A DNA stretch of 51,741 bases from an uncultured Candidatus Bathyarchaeia archaeon (lineage in GTDB: Archaea > Thermoproteota > Bathyarchaeia > Bathyarchaeales > SOJC01), in contig CAYNAW010000003.1 of the NCBI GenBank assembly GCA_964395545.1, positions 1 through 51,741 of the forward strand, given 5' to 3'. Position 1 is the first letter of the stretch, and each line of letters opens with the position of its first letter. The notes under the pieces were generated by a model that did no database searches, was not told the DNA's origin, and saw nothing but the letters and a program-made list of their open reading frames with translations. Shown here in pieces: positions 34,912 to 44,435 of this stretch. The translations under genes and the position numbers were made by a program.

Positions 34912-36015
34912 ATGCATTTTCCGTCGAGAAGCGTCAGAGGAATCTCAACCCTGCTACTAGTACTCCTGCTCCTTTTCGCCGGTTCTATCGGAGCCGTTCT
35001 ATCATACTTGTGGACTGCAGGCTACTACATTGACTTCACCACCGCGATCCCTGAAGACACTGTCACCGTGGCCATCATGAACGTGACTTTTTCTCGCGAG
35101 AACTGCACCTACTTCGACGTTACTTTGATGAATCCCTCCTACTCAAAGACCGATGCAGAAGTCGAGGGAATAGTACTGCTGAGCGATGCAGATACAGATC
35201 AAGTCGACAGCGCTGAGCCAGCGATTCCTTATCCCTTAAAGAGAGGCGAGTCGAAGACGTTCAAGTGCAATCTCAACTGGGGAGCCTATGCTGGGCAAAA
35301 TTTGACCGTAGCGGTCTTGATCAAAGACGGCTCTGGCGGCACCAAGTCGCACCAAACCGAGCTAGTCAAATTGGAGATACTGGATGTCTCATACAACACG
35401 TCAATTTCTCTAAACCAAGTGAGCATGACTGTTCGAAACCCCTCGAGAATCCCGCTCAACGTCTCCAAAGTGCTCATAGGAACCGGACAAATCCCTCCAA
35501 ACAAGATTCTAGTGAACAGTCAAAACATAACTTTCCCATACACGTTTCCTCAGAACGATACCCGAGTGTTCGAATGCAGCTACAATCTCTGGGACTCCGA
35601 AACAAGTACGGGTGTTCTGGGGACCACTAAGACGATTACCTTCGAGACTCGGCAAGGCTACGAAGCCAGCTTGTCCGAAGTCTTCGCAAATCCAGTCGTC
35701 TTGACGTTGTCAGACGTAACGTTCCCGCTTTCAAACACGACCCAGTTCATACTGAAGAGTGAATCCCACTCGCCCCACTCAGTCAACATCAGCCAAATCA
35801 CCGTAGAGGTGGGAGACATAACTTACACCGTGGCGTCGGACAATACCAATGCCACAGGCTACATCTTGGAAAGGGACACCAACGTCACGATTGTGTGCGC
35901 GGACTCCAGCTTCAACTGGAACGAGGACAACTGGAAAGGCCAAGTGATAACGATACGCGTGTATACTACTCAAGGGTTCGTGGCGAAAGAGGCGGTAACA
36001 GTCCCCTCGGCATAG
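34912..36015 (+). CDS. extracellular protein with signal anchor and three Ig/CARDB-like repeats, heavily sequon-rich
   Basis: N-terminal TM segment. Three modules of about 100 aa, each ending ..F.C..NW (TFKCNLNW, VFECSYNLW, IVCADSSFNW). At least 10 N-x-S/T sequons. Confidence 0.65.
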   Translation: MHFPSRSVRGISTLLLVLLLLFAGSIGAVLSYLWTAGYYIDFTTAIPEDTVTVAIMNVTFSRENCTYFDVTLMNPSYSKTDAEVEGIVLLSDADTDQVDSAEPAIPYPLKRGESKTFKCNLNWGAYAGQNLTVAVLIKDGSGGTKSHQTELVKLEILDVSYNTSISLNQVSMTVRNPSRIPLNVSKVLIGTGQIPPNKILVNSQNITFPYTFPQNDTRVFECSYNLWDSETSTGVLGTTKTITFETRQGYEASLSEVFANPVVLTLSDVTFPLSNTTQFILKSESHSPHSVNISQITVEVGDITYTVASDNTNATGYILERDTNVTIVCADSSFNWNEDNWKGQVITIRVYTTQGFVAKEAVTVPSA

Positions 36016-36108
36016 CCAGCCTCCCGCGTTCTCCTTCTCTCCAAGCATCTTCAACCACACGTGAAGTTTAAATGTAAGAATCTACGAAGTGAATAGTCCT
36101 CTGCAGAG

Positions 36109-36258
36109 ATGAATATCGTGACAGAGTTCCTCGCCGTCATCGGAAACGCAGAATACGCTACGATCTTCGGCGACGACCAAATTCAAAGTGAGCAATCTTG
36201 GATGGCGAGGCAAAACGTGGTGCCAAAGAAACCTGCAATATTGGTGAAAAGAGTTTGA
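36109..36258 (+). CDS. candidate 49-aa upstream ORF coupled to the aminotransferase start
   Basis: ATG 36109 lies about 35 nt after the TTTAAAT TATA-like box (36066-36073). Its TGA stop (36256-36258) overlaps TTG 36255 of the downstream gene (TTGA). No SD and no family. Confidence 0.25.
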   Translation: MNIVTEFLAVIGNAEYATIFGDDQIQSEQSWMARQNVVPKKPAILVKRV

Positions 36259-37448
36259 AGGTTACACGAAGAGTTAGCACGATTGAATACGCGATAAGAG
36301 ACGTCATCGAATTCGCCAAGAACCTCGAGAAAGCAGGGAAACAGATAACCTACCTGAACATAGGCGACCCGGTGAAGTTCGACTTTGACACGCCTGAACA
36401 CGTTAAGCGTGCCCTCTTCGAGTCCGTGAAGAAAGGGGAAAACTGGTATGGTCCTTCTGAAGGGCTACCGGAACTGAGGGAGGCAATCTGTAAGAAAGAG
36501 AAAATCGTCAATGGGGTTGATTTGACGCCTGACAACGTCCTCGTTACCACAGGCGTCTCGGAGGGAATATTCATGTTGATGGCAGCGATCATCAACAGGG
36601 GAGACGAAATCCTCGTTCCAGGTCCCACGTACCCACCCTATGCTTCGTACGCGAAGTTTTTTGACGGCAAACCGGTGGCTTACCGCACGGTTGAGGAGCA
36701 GGGTTGGCAGCCAGACGTTGAGGATATTCGGTCGAAGGTTTCTGAGAAGACGCGCGGTATTGTGATAATAAACCCTAACAACCCTTGCGGCGGCTTGTAT
36801 GACTCTAAGACTGTGAAGGAAATCGTGAGTTTAGCAGCTGAGCATGATTTGCCAGTATTGTCTGACGAAATCTACGACAGGATCGTTTACGAGGAGCAGT
36901 TCGTAAGTACTGCTCGAGTTGCGGGCGATTATCCAATCATTGGATTGAACGGTTTTTCTAAGACTTATTTGGCAACGGGGTGGAGGCTGGGGTATTTCTA
37001 CTTCCACGACCCTGACGGTAAGCTCGCGGAGCTGAAGGACGGCGTCAAGAAGGAATCACGGATAAGACTGTGCACCAACACGCCTATTCAGAAAGCAGGA
37101 ATTGCTGCTTTGAATGGACCGCAGACGCACATTCCTAAGATGGTCGAAAAACTGCGTCGTCGACGAGACTACGCTTGGAACCGCCTGAACCAGATAGACG
37201 GAGTCAGCTGTAAAAAGCCGAAGGGCGCCTTTTACGTGTTTCCTAAGATTCTCGGCGTTGGAACGCGTTGGAAGACCGACTTCGACTTCGTCCTCGACTT
37301 GTTGGAGAAGACAGGCGTGCTTTTTGTCCACGGTTCCGGCTTCTGTGACGTTTACGGCGTTGGACACGTTAGAGGAGTATTCCTGCCACCCGTCGAAGTC
37401 TTGGAAAAAGCATTTGACGATCTAGAGAAGTTCATGCAGCAGGGTTAG
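36255..37448 (+). CDS. alanine aminotransferase-like class I PLP aminotransferase
   Basis: STIEYAIRDV, LNIGDPVKFDF, NPNNPCG, SKTYLATGWRLGY and FVHGSGF motifs, as I recall them in archaeal AlaAT. TTG 36255 behind GGTGA matches the homolog N-terminus; the track start is TTG 36198. Confidence 0.9.
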   Translation: MKVTRRVSTIEYAIRDVIEFAKNLEKAGKQITYLNIGDPVKFDFDTPEHVKRALFESVKKGENWYGPSEGLPELREAICKKEKIVNGVDLTPDNVLVTTGVSEGIFMLMAAIINRGDEILVPGPTYPPYASYAKFFDGKPVAYRTVEEQGWQPDVEDIRSKVSEKTRGIVIINPNNPCGGLYDSKTVKEIVSLAAEHDLPVLSDEIYDRIVYEEQFVSTARVAGDYPIIGLNGFSKTYLATGWRLGYFYFHDPDGKLAELKDGVKKESRIRLCTNTPIQKAGIAALNGPQTHIPKMVEKLRRRRDYAWNRLNQIDGVSCKKPKGAFYVFPKILGVGTRWKTDFDFVLDLLEKTGVLFVHGSGFCDVYGVGHVRGVFLPPVEVLEKAFDDLEKFMQQG

Positions 37449-37459
37449 GCAGGCTTTCT

Positions 37460-38350
37460 CTAGCGGATGGGCACACCGTTCTTTGGGTCCAACACTGCCT
37501 TGTGGTACTCTTCCATCAACTTCTTAGTGACAGGGCCTGGGCATTCGATTCCGATTTTTCTCTTGTTTATCTCTTTCACGGGCACTACTTCGGCTGCGGT
37601 TCCCGTGAAGAACACTTCGTCTGCGATGAACAGGTCTACGGGCGTTATCTCCTTCTTCGCAACGGTGTAACCAAGTTTCTGGGCGATCTCTATGACGACG
37701 TTCCTGGTTATTCCCCTCAAGGCTCCTGTGGACGTGGGCGGCGTTATTATCAAGCCACTGGACACAGTGAAGATGTTTTCGGCGACGCCTTCGCACACGA
37801 AGCCCTCCTTGTTCAGGCAGATTGCTTCGTCGGCGTTCGCACTGTTCGCCTCGAGTTTAGCGAGTATGCTGTTAAGGTAGTTGAGGGATTTTATTTCGTG
37901 GGAGGTTGCGTCAACGGGATCACGTTTGACCCATGAGATTATTGCCGTGATTCCTTCTTCTTCAGCTCCGCTGTCATGCAGTTTGATCCGGTCTGTTATG
38001 ACTATTATTGTGGGTCTGGAGCATTTTCGGGGGTCGAGTCCCAAGTCTCCTGGGCCTCTGGAGACGACTAGGCGTATGTATGCGTCTGTCAGCTTGTTCT
38101 TTTTCAGTGTTTCGATTACCGCCTTTGTCATTTCTTCCTTCGTCATCGGAATTTTCATCATGATGGTTCGGGCCGAGAGATATAGCCGGTCAATATGCTC
38201 TTTGAGCTTGAAGACGCTGCCGTTGTATGCGCGTATTCCTTCGAACACGCCGTCTCCGTATAGAAAGCCGTGGTCGTAGACGGATATCTTGGCGTCGGAT
38301 TTGGGGTAGTAGTTGCCGTCGACGTAGATGAGAAGTTCTTTCTGCTCCAT
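37460..38350 (-). CDS. ilvE: branched-chain amino acid aminotransferase
   Basis: DHGFLYGDGVFEGIRAY, NYLNSILA and GITR motifs (fold type IV). Confidence 0.9.
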   Translation of the reverse strand: MEQKELLIYVDGNYYPKSDAKISVYDHGFLYGDGVFEGIRAYNGSVFKLKEHIDRLYLSARTIMMKIPMTKEEMTKAVIETLKKNKLTDAYIRLVVSRGPGDLGLDPRKCSRPTIIVITDRIKLHDSGAEEEGITAIISWVKRDPVDATSHEIKSLNYLNSILAKLEANSANADEAICLNKEGFVCEGVAENIFTVSSGLIITPPTSTGALRGITRNVVIEIAQKLGYTVAKKEITPVDLFIADEVFFTGTAAEVVPVKEINKRKIGIECPGPVTKKLMEEYHKAVLDPKNGVPIR

Positions 38351-38419
38351 TATTCAGGGGTCTCCTTGCCGAGTTTTACAATATCCGAGATTGCTTGATA
38401 TACTTTTTGTAAGCAGGGC

Positions 38420-40282
38420 TCAGCCGTAGAATTGAGGTCTCTGCGACAGTTTCTTCGGCAGGGGCAGCGGTTTGACGGGTTTGCCTTTTGTCTGCTTCAG
38501 TATGCTATCCACGAGTGCTGCAGGGGTCATCTCGACGATTTTCCTGAGGGCTCGGTCTCTGACCTGCAGAACTCCCGAGTCGATTTCTCTCTGGCCGAGG
38601 ACTAGTATGTAGTTTACCCACTCGGTTTCTGCTTCCCTCACTTTTTTCTGCATCGTGAGGGGGCGGTCGTCAAAGTCCACGCGAACACCGTGCGCGTCTA
38701 TTTCGGCAACCATCTTTGCGGCGTCTTCTGCGAATTTGTCTGAGACTGGTATCACTCGCACTTGGGTGGGTGACAGCCAGAGTGGAAGCATCGGGGGTTC
38801 TCCCTTCTGCTGTTCTTGGTGGGCTTTCTCCAGCATCGCGTAGACGCATCTCTCCACTCCACCGCTGGGCGAACAGTGAAGAATGATCGGATGTTGTTTC
38901 TCTCCCTTCTCGTCTACGTACGTGATGTCGTATCTCTGAGCGTTCTCCACATCTATTTGATCGGTTGAGAGGGCTGAAGCTTTGTCCAAGCTGTCGACGA
39001 AGTTGAACTCCCACTTCAGAATCCAGTAGAAAGCCTTCTCTTTGAACATCTCAATCAGAACGGGCTTACCTAGGAGCTGGACTAACGAGACGATGAAGCC
39101 CTCGTTTTTCTCGTAGAAGTCTCGGCTGAACCTAATCGCCAACTCGTAGTCATCCTTTTCCAGCTCGAAGGCTTCTAAGACTTTCATGCACAGCTTGAAA
39201 CGAACGACAAACTCCTCCTTGGCCTGTTCCAAGTCGGCGCATAGTGCGTGGCAGTCGGGCATCGTGAAGGCACGTTGCCGTCTGAGGCCTGTTACTTCTC
39301 CGCTCTTTTCCCGTCGGAAGCTGTATCGCGTCAACTCGTAGACCCGGAGGGGAAGCTGACGGTACGAGAATCGCGTATCATGCAACATGAGAAACTGGCC
39401 AAAGCACGCGGCGAATCTCAGGAAGAGGTCGCGGTCTTCTGACTTGATGACGTACTGCCGCGCAGGAAAGCGGTCTAGGTAGTCTCTTAGGCTGGGGTGA
39501 TGGAAATCGTACATGACGGGAGTCTCAATCTCCATCGCGCCGTACTCAGACATAGTGGCTGTGACAAACTGCTCAATCAGAGACTTCACCAGCCGTCCCT
39601 TCGGGTACCATCTGAGGTTGCCCGGGTCGCTGGCGGGTTCATAGTCGACGAGTTCCAGTCTCTTCATCAACGGTATGTGGGCGGGCATCTCTTGACTTGC
39701 TCTGACTTTGGCGATTTCGTATTTTGCGAATTTCTCGAGGTTCTGGCGTCTGGCAAAATCAAACTTTTCAACTGGAACCATCTTTCCGTCGGGCGTCAGG
39801 ATGTACCAGTGCGGCTTCATCTTCTCTTCAACTTTAAGCGCCTCGGAAATCTTCTCCTCCTTCTTTGCTGCACCCGACAGGATAACTTTGGCTTGCTCGG
39901 CAAGCGGGTGACCCTTAATCGAAACGGTGAACTGCTTGTTCCAGCCGAACGGAGCGCGAAAAGTCTCTAAACCCTCTTCTTTCGCGTGTCTTTCCATGGC
40001 CTTGATGACCTTCAGCGCCGCTGCAGGCTTCGCCAGATTGCTGCTCAGGTGGGCGTACGGATAAATCAGGATTCGGCGGGTTTTGAGCTGCTTCAGCGCC
40101 CCGTTAATCTCTTCGACGGCCTGCCCCGCTGAGGTCTCGTCGTCGCCCTCTTCGACTGCAGTGAAGAGGACAACGATTTCCTCTAGGCGTGTTTCCGTCT
40201 TCTCTGCCTCTTCTGCCATCTCGATTTCTTTCTGTATCGGCTTGTACTCGATGAAGTTTGAATGTAACTGCAGGATTCGCAC
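38420..40282 (-). CDS. thrS: threonyl-tRNA synthetase, archaeal type with N-terminal editing domain
   Basis: VRILQLHSNFIEYKP archaeal editing-domain N-terminus, class II motifs (FRREKSGE, GLRRQRAFTMPD) and anticodon-binding domain. GTG 40282 is preferred; the track start is 40363. Confidence 0.95.
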   Translation of the reverse strand: MRILQLHSNFIEYKPIQKEIEMAEEAEKTETRLEEIVVLFTAVEEGDDETSAGQAVEEINGALKQLKTRRILIYPYAHLSSNLAKPAAALKVIKAMERHAKEEGLETFRAPFGWNKQFTVSIKGHPLAEQAKVILSGAAKKEEKISEALKVEEKMKPHWYILTPDGKMVPVEKFDFARRQNLEKFAKYEIAKVRASQEMPAHIPLMKRLELVDYEPASDPGNLRWYPKGRLVKSLIEQFVTATMSEYGAMEIETPVMYDFHHPSLRDYLDRFPARQYVIKSEDRDLFLRFAACFGQFLMLHDTRFSYRQLPLRVYELTRYSFRREKSGEVTGLRRQRAFTMPDCHALCADLEQAKEEFVVRFKLCMKVLEAFELEKDDYELAIRFSRDFYEKNEGFIVSLVQLLGKPVLIEMFKEKAFYWILKWEFNFVDSLDKASALSTDQIDVENAQRYDITYVDEKGEKQHPIILHCSPSGGVERCVYAMLEKAHQEQQKGEPPMLPLWLSPTQVRVIPVSDKFAEDAAKMVAEIDAHGVRVDFDDRPLTMQKKVREAETEWVNYILVLGQREIDSGVLQVRDRALRKIVEMTPAALVDSILKQTKGKPVKPLPLPKKLSQRPQFYG

Positions 40283-40369
40283 GCTTTTCAACCGCCTCTG
40301 CCGGTCTATCTCTAAACTAAACTGGTGGAAATCGGCTAAAGCTTTTGCCTTTCTACCAACCATATCGCC

Positions 40370-40582
40370 TTAGAGCGAGCCTTGATGTCGCCACTTCTCT
40401 AGCGTTCGGTCCTTCTTCGTAGCCTTCTTGAACTCCTTATAATGCTCCTTACACAGGTACGCTCTCTTCACTTCGCTGACTTTCAACCCCGCCGCAGCCA
40501 CTTTGCTCGCGAATATTGAACGTACAGCATCTTTTCCGCAGCCTGAAACGCTACATTTCACGCCCTTGTCGATTCTTCCCAA
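40370..40582 (-). CDS. small basic putative zinc-binding protein (hypothetical)
   Basis: KCSVSGC...YLCKEHYKEFKK (C-x4-C...C-x2-H) and a Lys-rich tail. The track ORF (to 40714) overlaps the PfkB 3' end by 119 nt. TTG 40582 behind GAGGGTG removes the overlap. The start is uncertain. Confidence 0.45.
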   Translation of the reverse strand: MGRIDKGVKCSVSGCGKDAVRSIFASKVAAAGLKVSEVKRAYLCKEHYKEFKKATKKDRTLEKWRHQGSL

Positions 40583-40595
40583 CGCGTGCACCCTC

Positions 40596-41573
40596 TTACT
40601 CAGAAACTGTTCTTCTTGAGAATGGCTTAATGCCCTTCTCGTATATTTCGGTTGCCCTTCCATACACCTCATCTTTACTGCCGAACCGTGTTGAGCCCAC
40701 CGCCTCCACGACAAATGACGCGGCTGCCGAACCCACGCAGCAACACCATAATGGCTCCCTGTCCCGAGCGTGTTCGGCTAGGAAGCCGCCGATGAAGGCG
40801 TCCCCCGCCCCGGTCGAGTCCACAAGTATCCGTGGCTTGCACGCGGGAATGTTGTAGCAACCGTCTTCGAAGCATGCTACCGCACCTCTCTCTCCCATAG
40901 TGATCAGCACCGTCTTCACGCCCCACCGTCGAATCTCTTGCACGGACGCTGCAAGGGTAGACTGCCCGGTCAACACCCTCGTCTCCTGAAGTGAAGACTT
41001 GACAACATCGCAGTGCTGAAGGAACTCCAAGTCAGCAGGTTTTTCGAGTCGCGTCCGTCCAGCAGAGTCGAATTGTCGTACAAACCCTTGTGGATCGATG
41101 GATAGAACGCGTGTTCTTTTTCTCAGCTCGGCAATGACGTCCATGTCCACTTCGTTTGCTACGGGAGCCACGTGGACTATTTTCACCTGCAGACCGTGTG
41201 GTAGGTCGCTTAACCCTATCTGTGGTGCCTTGTTCCTTAACTGTATCTTCCGGCGGCCCGAGCGATACGTCAGAACGAAGCTTGTTGTCAGGGCGGTTTC
41301 TTCAACCCCCACGTGTGACAGGTTCACGTTGTTTTCGCAAAGCCGTCCGTGATAGTTGTGAAAGTCCCTGCCGACCCTCGAGATCGCTGTCACTTTGGCG
41401 CCCAGTTTTGCCGCCGTCAGGGAGACAAAAGCGGCTGGACCGCCTAGAGTCGGTCTCGACCGGGCTATTGTTGGCGATTTGATCAGGTCTATTGCGAAGT
41501 GACCGATTGTGGCGATGTCGAACCGCGTTGTTTTCGACATGGTGGGGCGCGAACCTTGTGTTGGCGTTTCCAT
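40596..41573 (-). CDS. PfkB-family carbohydrate/nucleoside kinase
   Basis: Ribokinase-like fold with VDSTGAGDAFIGGF anion-hole motif. TATATA box 25-30 nt upstream suggests a leaderless mRNA. Confidence 0.85.
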   Translation of the reverse strand: METPTQGSRPTMSKTTRFDIATIGHFAIDLIKSPTIARSRPTLGGPAAFVSLTAAKLGAKVTAISRVGRDFHNYHGRLCENNVNLSHVGVEETALTTSFVLTYRSGRRKIQLRNKAPQIGLSDLPHGLQVKIVHVAPVANEVDMDVIAELRKRTRVLSIDPQGFVRQFDSAGRTRLEKPADLEFLQHCDVVKSSLQETRVLTGQSTLAASVQEIRRWGVKTVLITMGERGAVACFEDGCYNIPACKPRILVDSTGAGDAFIGGFLAEHARDREPLWCCCVGSAAASFVVEAVGSTRFGSKDEVYGRATEIYEKGIKPFSRRTVSE

Positions 41574-41641
41574 TTTGGCTAATAAGCATTAGTATATAAG
41601 TCTCTTCTGCAAAATGGCTACTGCATAAGGATGTGAATGGT

Positions 41642-41932
41642 ATGCCCGTGAAGCGGAAGAGCCGCGGAAGGTCTAAGGGTGGCAAGGGAAAGAGTTCGTT
41701 GGTGCAGTGCAACGGCTGCGGCGAGCTCGTGCCCCGTGACAAGGCTAAGCGTGTTTCTCGCAGGATTTCGATGGTGGACTACTCTTTGGCTAAGGAGCTT
41801 AGGCAGCAAGGTGCTTACATTGCTGCCCCTGTAGAGACCAGGTTCTACTGCGTTTCCTGCGCCGTGCACCGCGGCGTTGTGAAGGTGCGCGCTAGAGACG
41901 ACCGGAGAATGCGCCAGAGGAGACGATTCTAA
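41642..41932 (+). CDS. rps26e: 30S ribosomal protein eS26
   Basis: MPVKRKSRGRSKGGKG..VQCNGCG..PRDKA..YCVSCAVH matches the eS26 zinc-ribbon pattern. Confidence 0.9.
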   Translation: MPVKRKSRGRSKGGKGKSSLVQCNGCGELVPRDKAKRVSRRISMVDYSLAKELRQQGAYIAAPVETRFYCVSCAVHRGVVKVRARDDRRMRQRRRF

Positions 41933-42531
41933 CCCTTTTTTTGTCTAGATGCCTTATGAACGTAGACCGTTCGCTGGAGCACGGTGAGGTTTGTCAACAC
42001 TGCGAGTACAGCTACGCTCCAGTTTAGGGCTTCGAACCAGAAGAAGGCGGCAATGCTGCCCACCGCTAGTATCAGCATCCTCTCAGCCCGTTCTGCCAAA
42101 CCGACAGTTTCCATCCTGAAGCCCGTTGCCTCTGCCCTCGCGCGTGCATAGCTCACCAGCAAGGAACCCACAAGCGCTAGAGAGCCCCATAACACGTTGC
42201 AGAGGTTGCTGACTATTAGGGCGACGAGTATGCAGGCGTCTGCATAGCGGTCAAGCAGCGAGTCTAGGAAACCCCCGAAGACCGTTGCTTCGCCGTGGAG
42301 CCTCGCCACGATTCCGTCTAGTGCGTCGCATAGCCCCGAGAGCAGGAATACTGAGGGTGCGATTATGAGAAAGAGGTGGTTGTACTGCGAAGCCCAGTAG
42401 AGGAGTCCAGCCAGAAGAGCGAGAAGGATCCCTACCGCACTGATGTGGTTGGGCGTCAATCCTGCGTTGTGGAGCATTCTCGCCGTTCCTTCGAGGATGG
42501 ATTGGACTCTCGCTTTAAGACGTGTCAGCAC
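41929..42531 (-). CDS. CDP-alcohol phosphatidyltransferase (archaetidylinositol-phosphate/serine synthase-like)
   Basis: DALDGIVAR...GGFLDSLLDRYAD matches D-x2-DG-x2-AR...G-x3-D-x3-D. About 200 aa, 5-6 TM segments. Confidence 0.85.
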   Translation of the reverse strand: MLTRLKARVQSILEGTARMLHNAGLTPNHISAVGILLALLAGLLYWASQYNHLFLIIAPSVFLLSGLCDALDGIVARLHGEATVFGGFLDSLLDRYADACILVALIVSNLCNVLWGSLALVGSLLVSYARARAEATGFRMETVGLAERAERMLILAVGSIAAFFWFEALNWSVAVLAVLTNLTVLQRTVYVHKASRQKKG

Positions 42532-42605
42532 AGGGCCTCACGGTGAGTATTTATTGTGGGCAATGTTTATTTAAAAAGTGGCTCTGAAAGCATAGGGACG
42601 AGAAG

Positions 42606-42908
42606 ATGGTTCAGATGATCGAGGTCAGTCGGTTGAAAGTTGATGATCACACGGCTGTGGGTTTGCGGGTTGTCTTGCCTGACTCTCCGCCCCTAGTGGC
42701 TTTGATTGGAGAGAAAGGTTTCATCATGTGTGGGTTCATAAATATGGAGGCGGCAGAGAAACTGGGAACTACTGCAGCGATGGTCAGCGGTGTGAAAACC
42801 TGTGACGACGTTCTCAGCGCCGAAGTCAAAGCGACGACTTCTAAAGCTGAGATGATGGGCATAAAGCCGGGAATGAAAGGGGACGAAGCCGTTAAACTGC
42901 TGTTCTAG
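42606..42908 (+). CDS. DUF1805 (YunC-like) family protein
   Basis: 100 aa; the PPLVALIGEKGFIMCGFINMEAAEKLG..AAMVSGV pattern is typical of the family. Confidence 0.7.
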   Translation: MVQMIEVSRLKVDDHTAVGLRVVLPDSPPLVALIGEKGFIMCGFINMEAAEKLGTTAAMVSGVKTCDDVLSAEVKATTSKAEMMGIKPGMKGDEAVKLLF

Positions 42909-44347
42909 TAGGCTACTGCCACCCTGACTAGACTTGAAGCTCTTTTGCCACAGACAATGCATTTGCCCGTTGCCTCTTCCTTGACGTCGAGAGGCGTGCC
43001 CAGAACTCGCGCGTTCACCTGCTCTTCAAGCATGTGTCCGCATTCTGCGGCGCCGCACCAGAGAAGCTCCATTATTCCAGCTTTTTTCCTCAGCAATTCG
43101 TTCGCTTTCTCTAAGTTATCAACTCGATGTATCCGTGCCTTCATCTCCTTCCACGCCTTCTCTCGCATGTCGGCAGACATTTGCCCCATCAGCGTGGATA
43201 GCCGAGTCGGCAGATCGCGGACTTTGCAGGCCTGCTTCTCGAAAGTGTCTCGGCGGACCAGGGTGACTTGCTCTTCTTGCATGTCTCGGGGGCCTATCTC
43301 TATGCGCACAGGGATGCCGCGGAGCTCCCAGTAGTAGAACTTGGCTCCCGGGGTCATCTCATCCCTCTTGTCGATTTCAGTCCTGAAGCCATGGTTTCGC
43401 AGCTTCTTCGCTACTTGCTCGCACGTTTCTACGATGGGCTTCTGGTCTCCCCTCTGTAGAATCGGGACGATTATGGCTTGGACTGGAGCAATTTGTGGCG
43501 CCAAGACGAAGCCGTTGTCGTCTCCGTGGACGCTTAGCAGCGAGGCGATCGCCCGTTCACTGATGCCGTAGCACGTCTGCCAAATATACTCGTGCGAGCC
43601 TTCCTTGGTTTCATATTGGATGTCGAAGGCGTTCGAGAAGTTTTGACCCAGGTTGTGCACCGTGCCTGACTGCAGGGTGCGCCCGTCGGGCATAATGACG
43701 TCGAAGGAGATGGAGTACAGGGCTCCGGGGAACTTGTCCCAGTCTGGGCGGCGGCTTGTCGTGTAGGGGACGCCGCAGGCGTCGAAGAATGCTCTGTAGA
43801 TCTGAAGCGCCTCTTCAATCTGGGCTTCAGCGTCTTCCGAGGTGGCGTGACTCGTGTGGGCTTCCTTGAAGGTGGTGACTTCGCGGACTCTGATTATCGG
43901 GCGTGTGGTCTTGGTTTCGCACCGGAAGACGCTGCTTATCTGGTAGAGCTTCTGCGGCAGGTCTGCGTGGCTTCGTATCCAGAGTTTGAGCATGGGGTAG
44001 ATGGCTGTTTCGCTGGTCGGTCTCAGCGCATACCTGATTTCCAACGGTTTTGCGCCGCCGTGGGTTATCCAGAACACTTCGTTCTCAAAGTCTTTTATGT
44101 GGGCTGCTTCTTTCCGCAGGTTCGTCTCGGTGACCATGATAGGGAATTGCACTTCGTCGTGTCCACGGGCGTCGTGCAGGTCGCGCAGGATCTGGGTGAC
44201 CCGCCGCCTTATCTTGAATCCGTAGGGAAGCCAGATGCCGCATCCCTTAATCGGGTAACGATAATCCAGAATTCCTGCTTCTATGAGCATGCGGCGGAAC
44301 CATTTGCCGAAGTGCTTGTCCCGTTCTTCATGTTTGGCGGTTGGCAT
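42905..44347 (-). CDS. proS: prolyl-tRNA synthetase (archaeal/eukaryotic type)
   Basis: Class II motifs (FRCETKTTRPIIRVREV, TCYGISER) and C-terminal Zn-binding domain ending in Y. Confidence 0.95.
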   Translation of the reverse strand: MPTAKHEERDKHFGKWFRRMLIEAGILDYRYPIKGCGIWLPYGFKIRRRVTQILRDLHDARGHDEVQFPIMVTETNLRKEAAHIKDFENEVFWITHGGAKPLEIRYALRPTSETAIYPMLKLWIRSHADLPQKLYQISSVFRCETKTTRPIIRVREVTTFKEAHTSHATSEDAEAQIEEALQIYRAFFDACGVPYTTSRRPDWDKFPGALYSISFDVIMPDGRTLQSGTVHNLGQNFSNAFDIQYETKEGSHEYIWQTCYGISERAIASLLSVHGDDNGFVLAPQIAPVQAIIVPILQRGDQKPIVETCEQVAKKLRNHGFRTEIDKRDEMTPGAKFYYWELRGIPVRIEIGPRDMQEEQVTLVRRDTFEKQACKVRDLPTRLSTLMGQMSADMREKAWKEMKARIHRVDNLEKANELLRKKAGIMELLWCGAAECGHMLEEQVNARVLGTPLDVKEEATGKCIVCGKRASSLVRVAVAY

Positions 44348-44435
44348 GATTGTATTCCAGCTTAGAGTATTCTTGTTCCTTCAGTATTTTAACATTTAAG
44401 CTGCGGGAATTCGGTGTAACTTCCTTCTCTCATGA

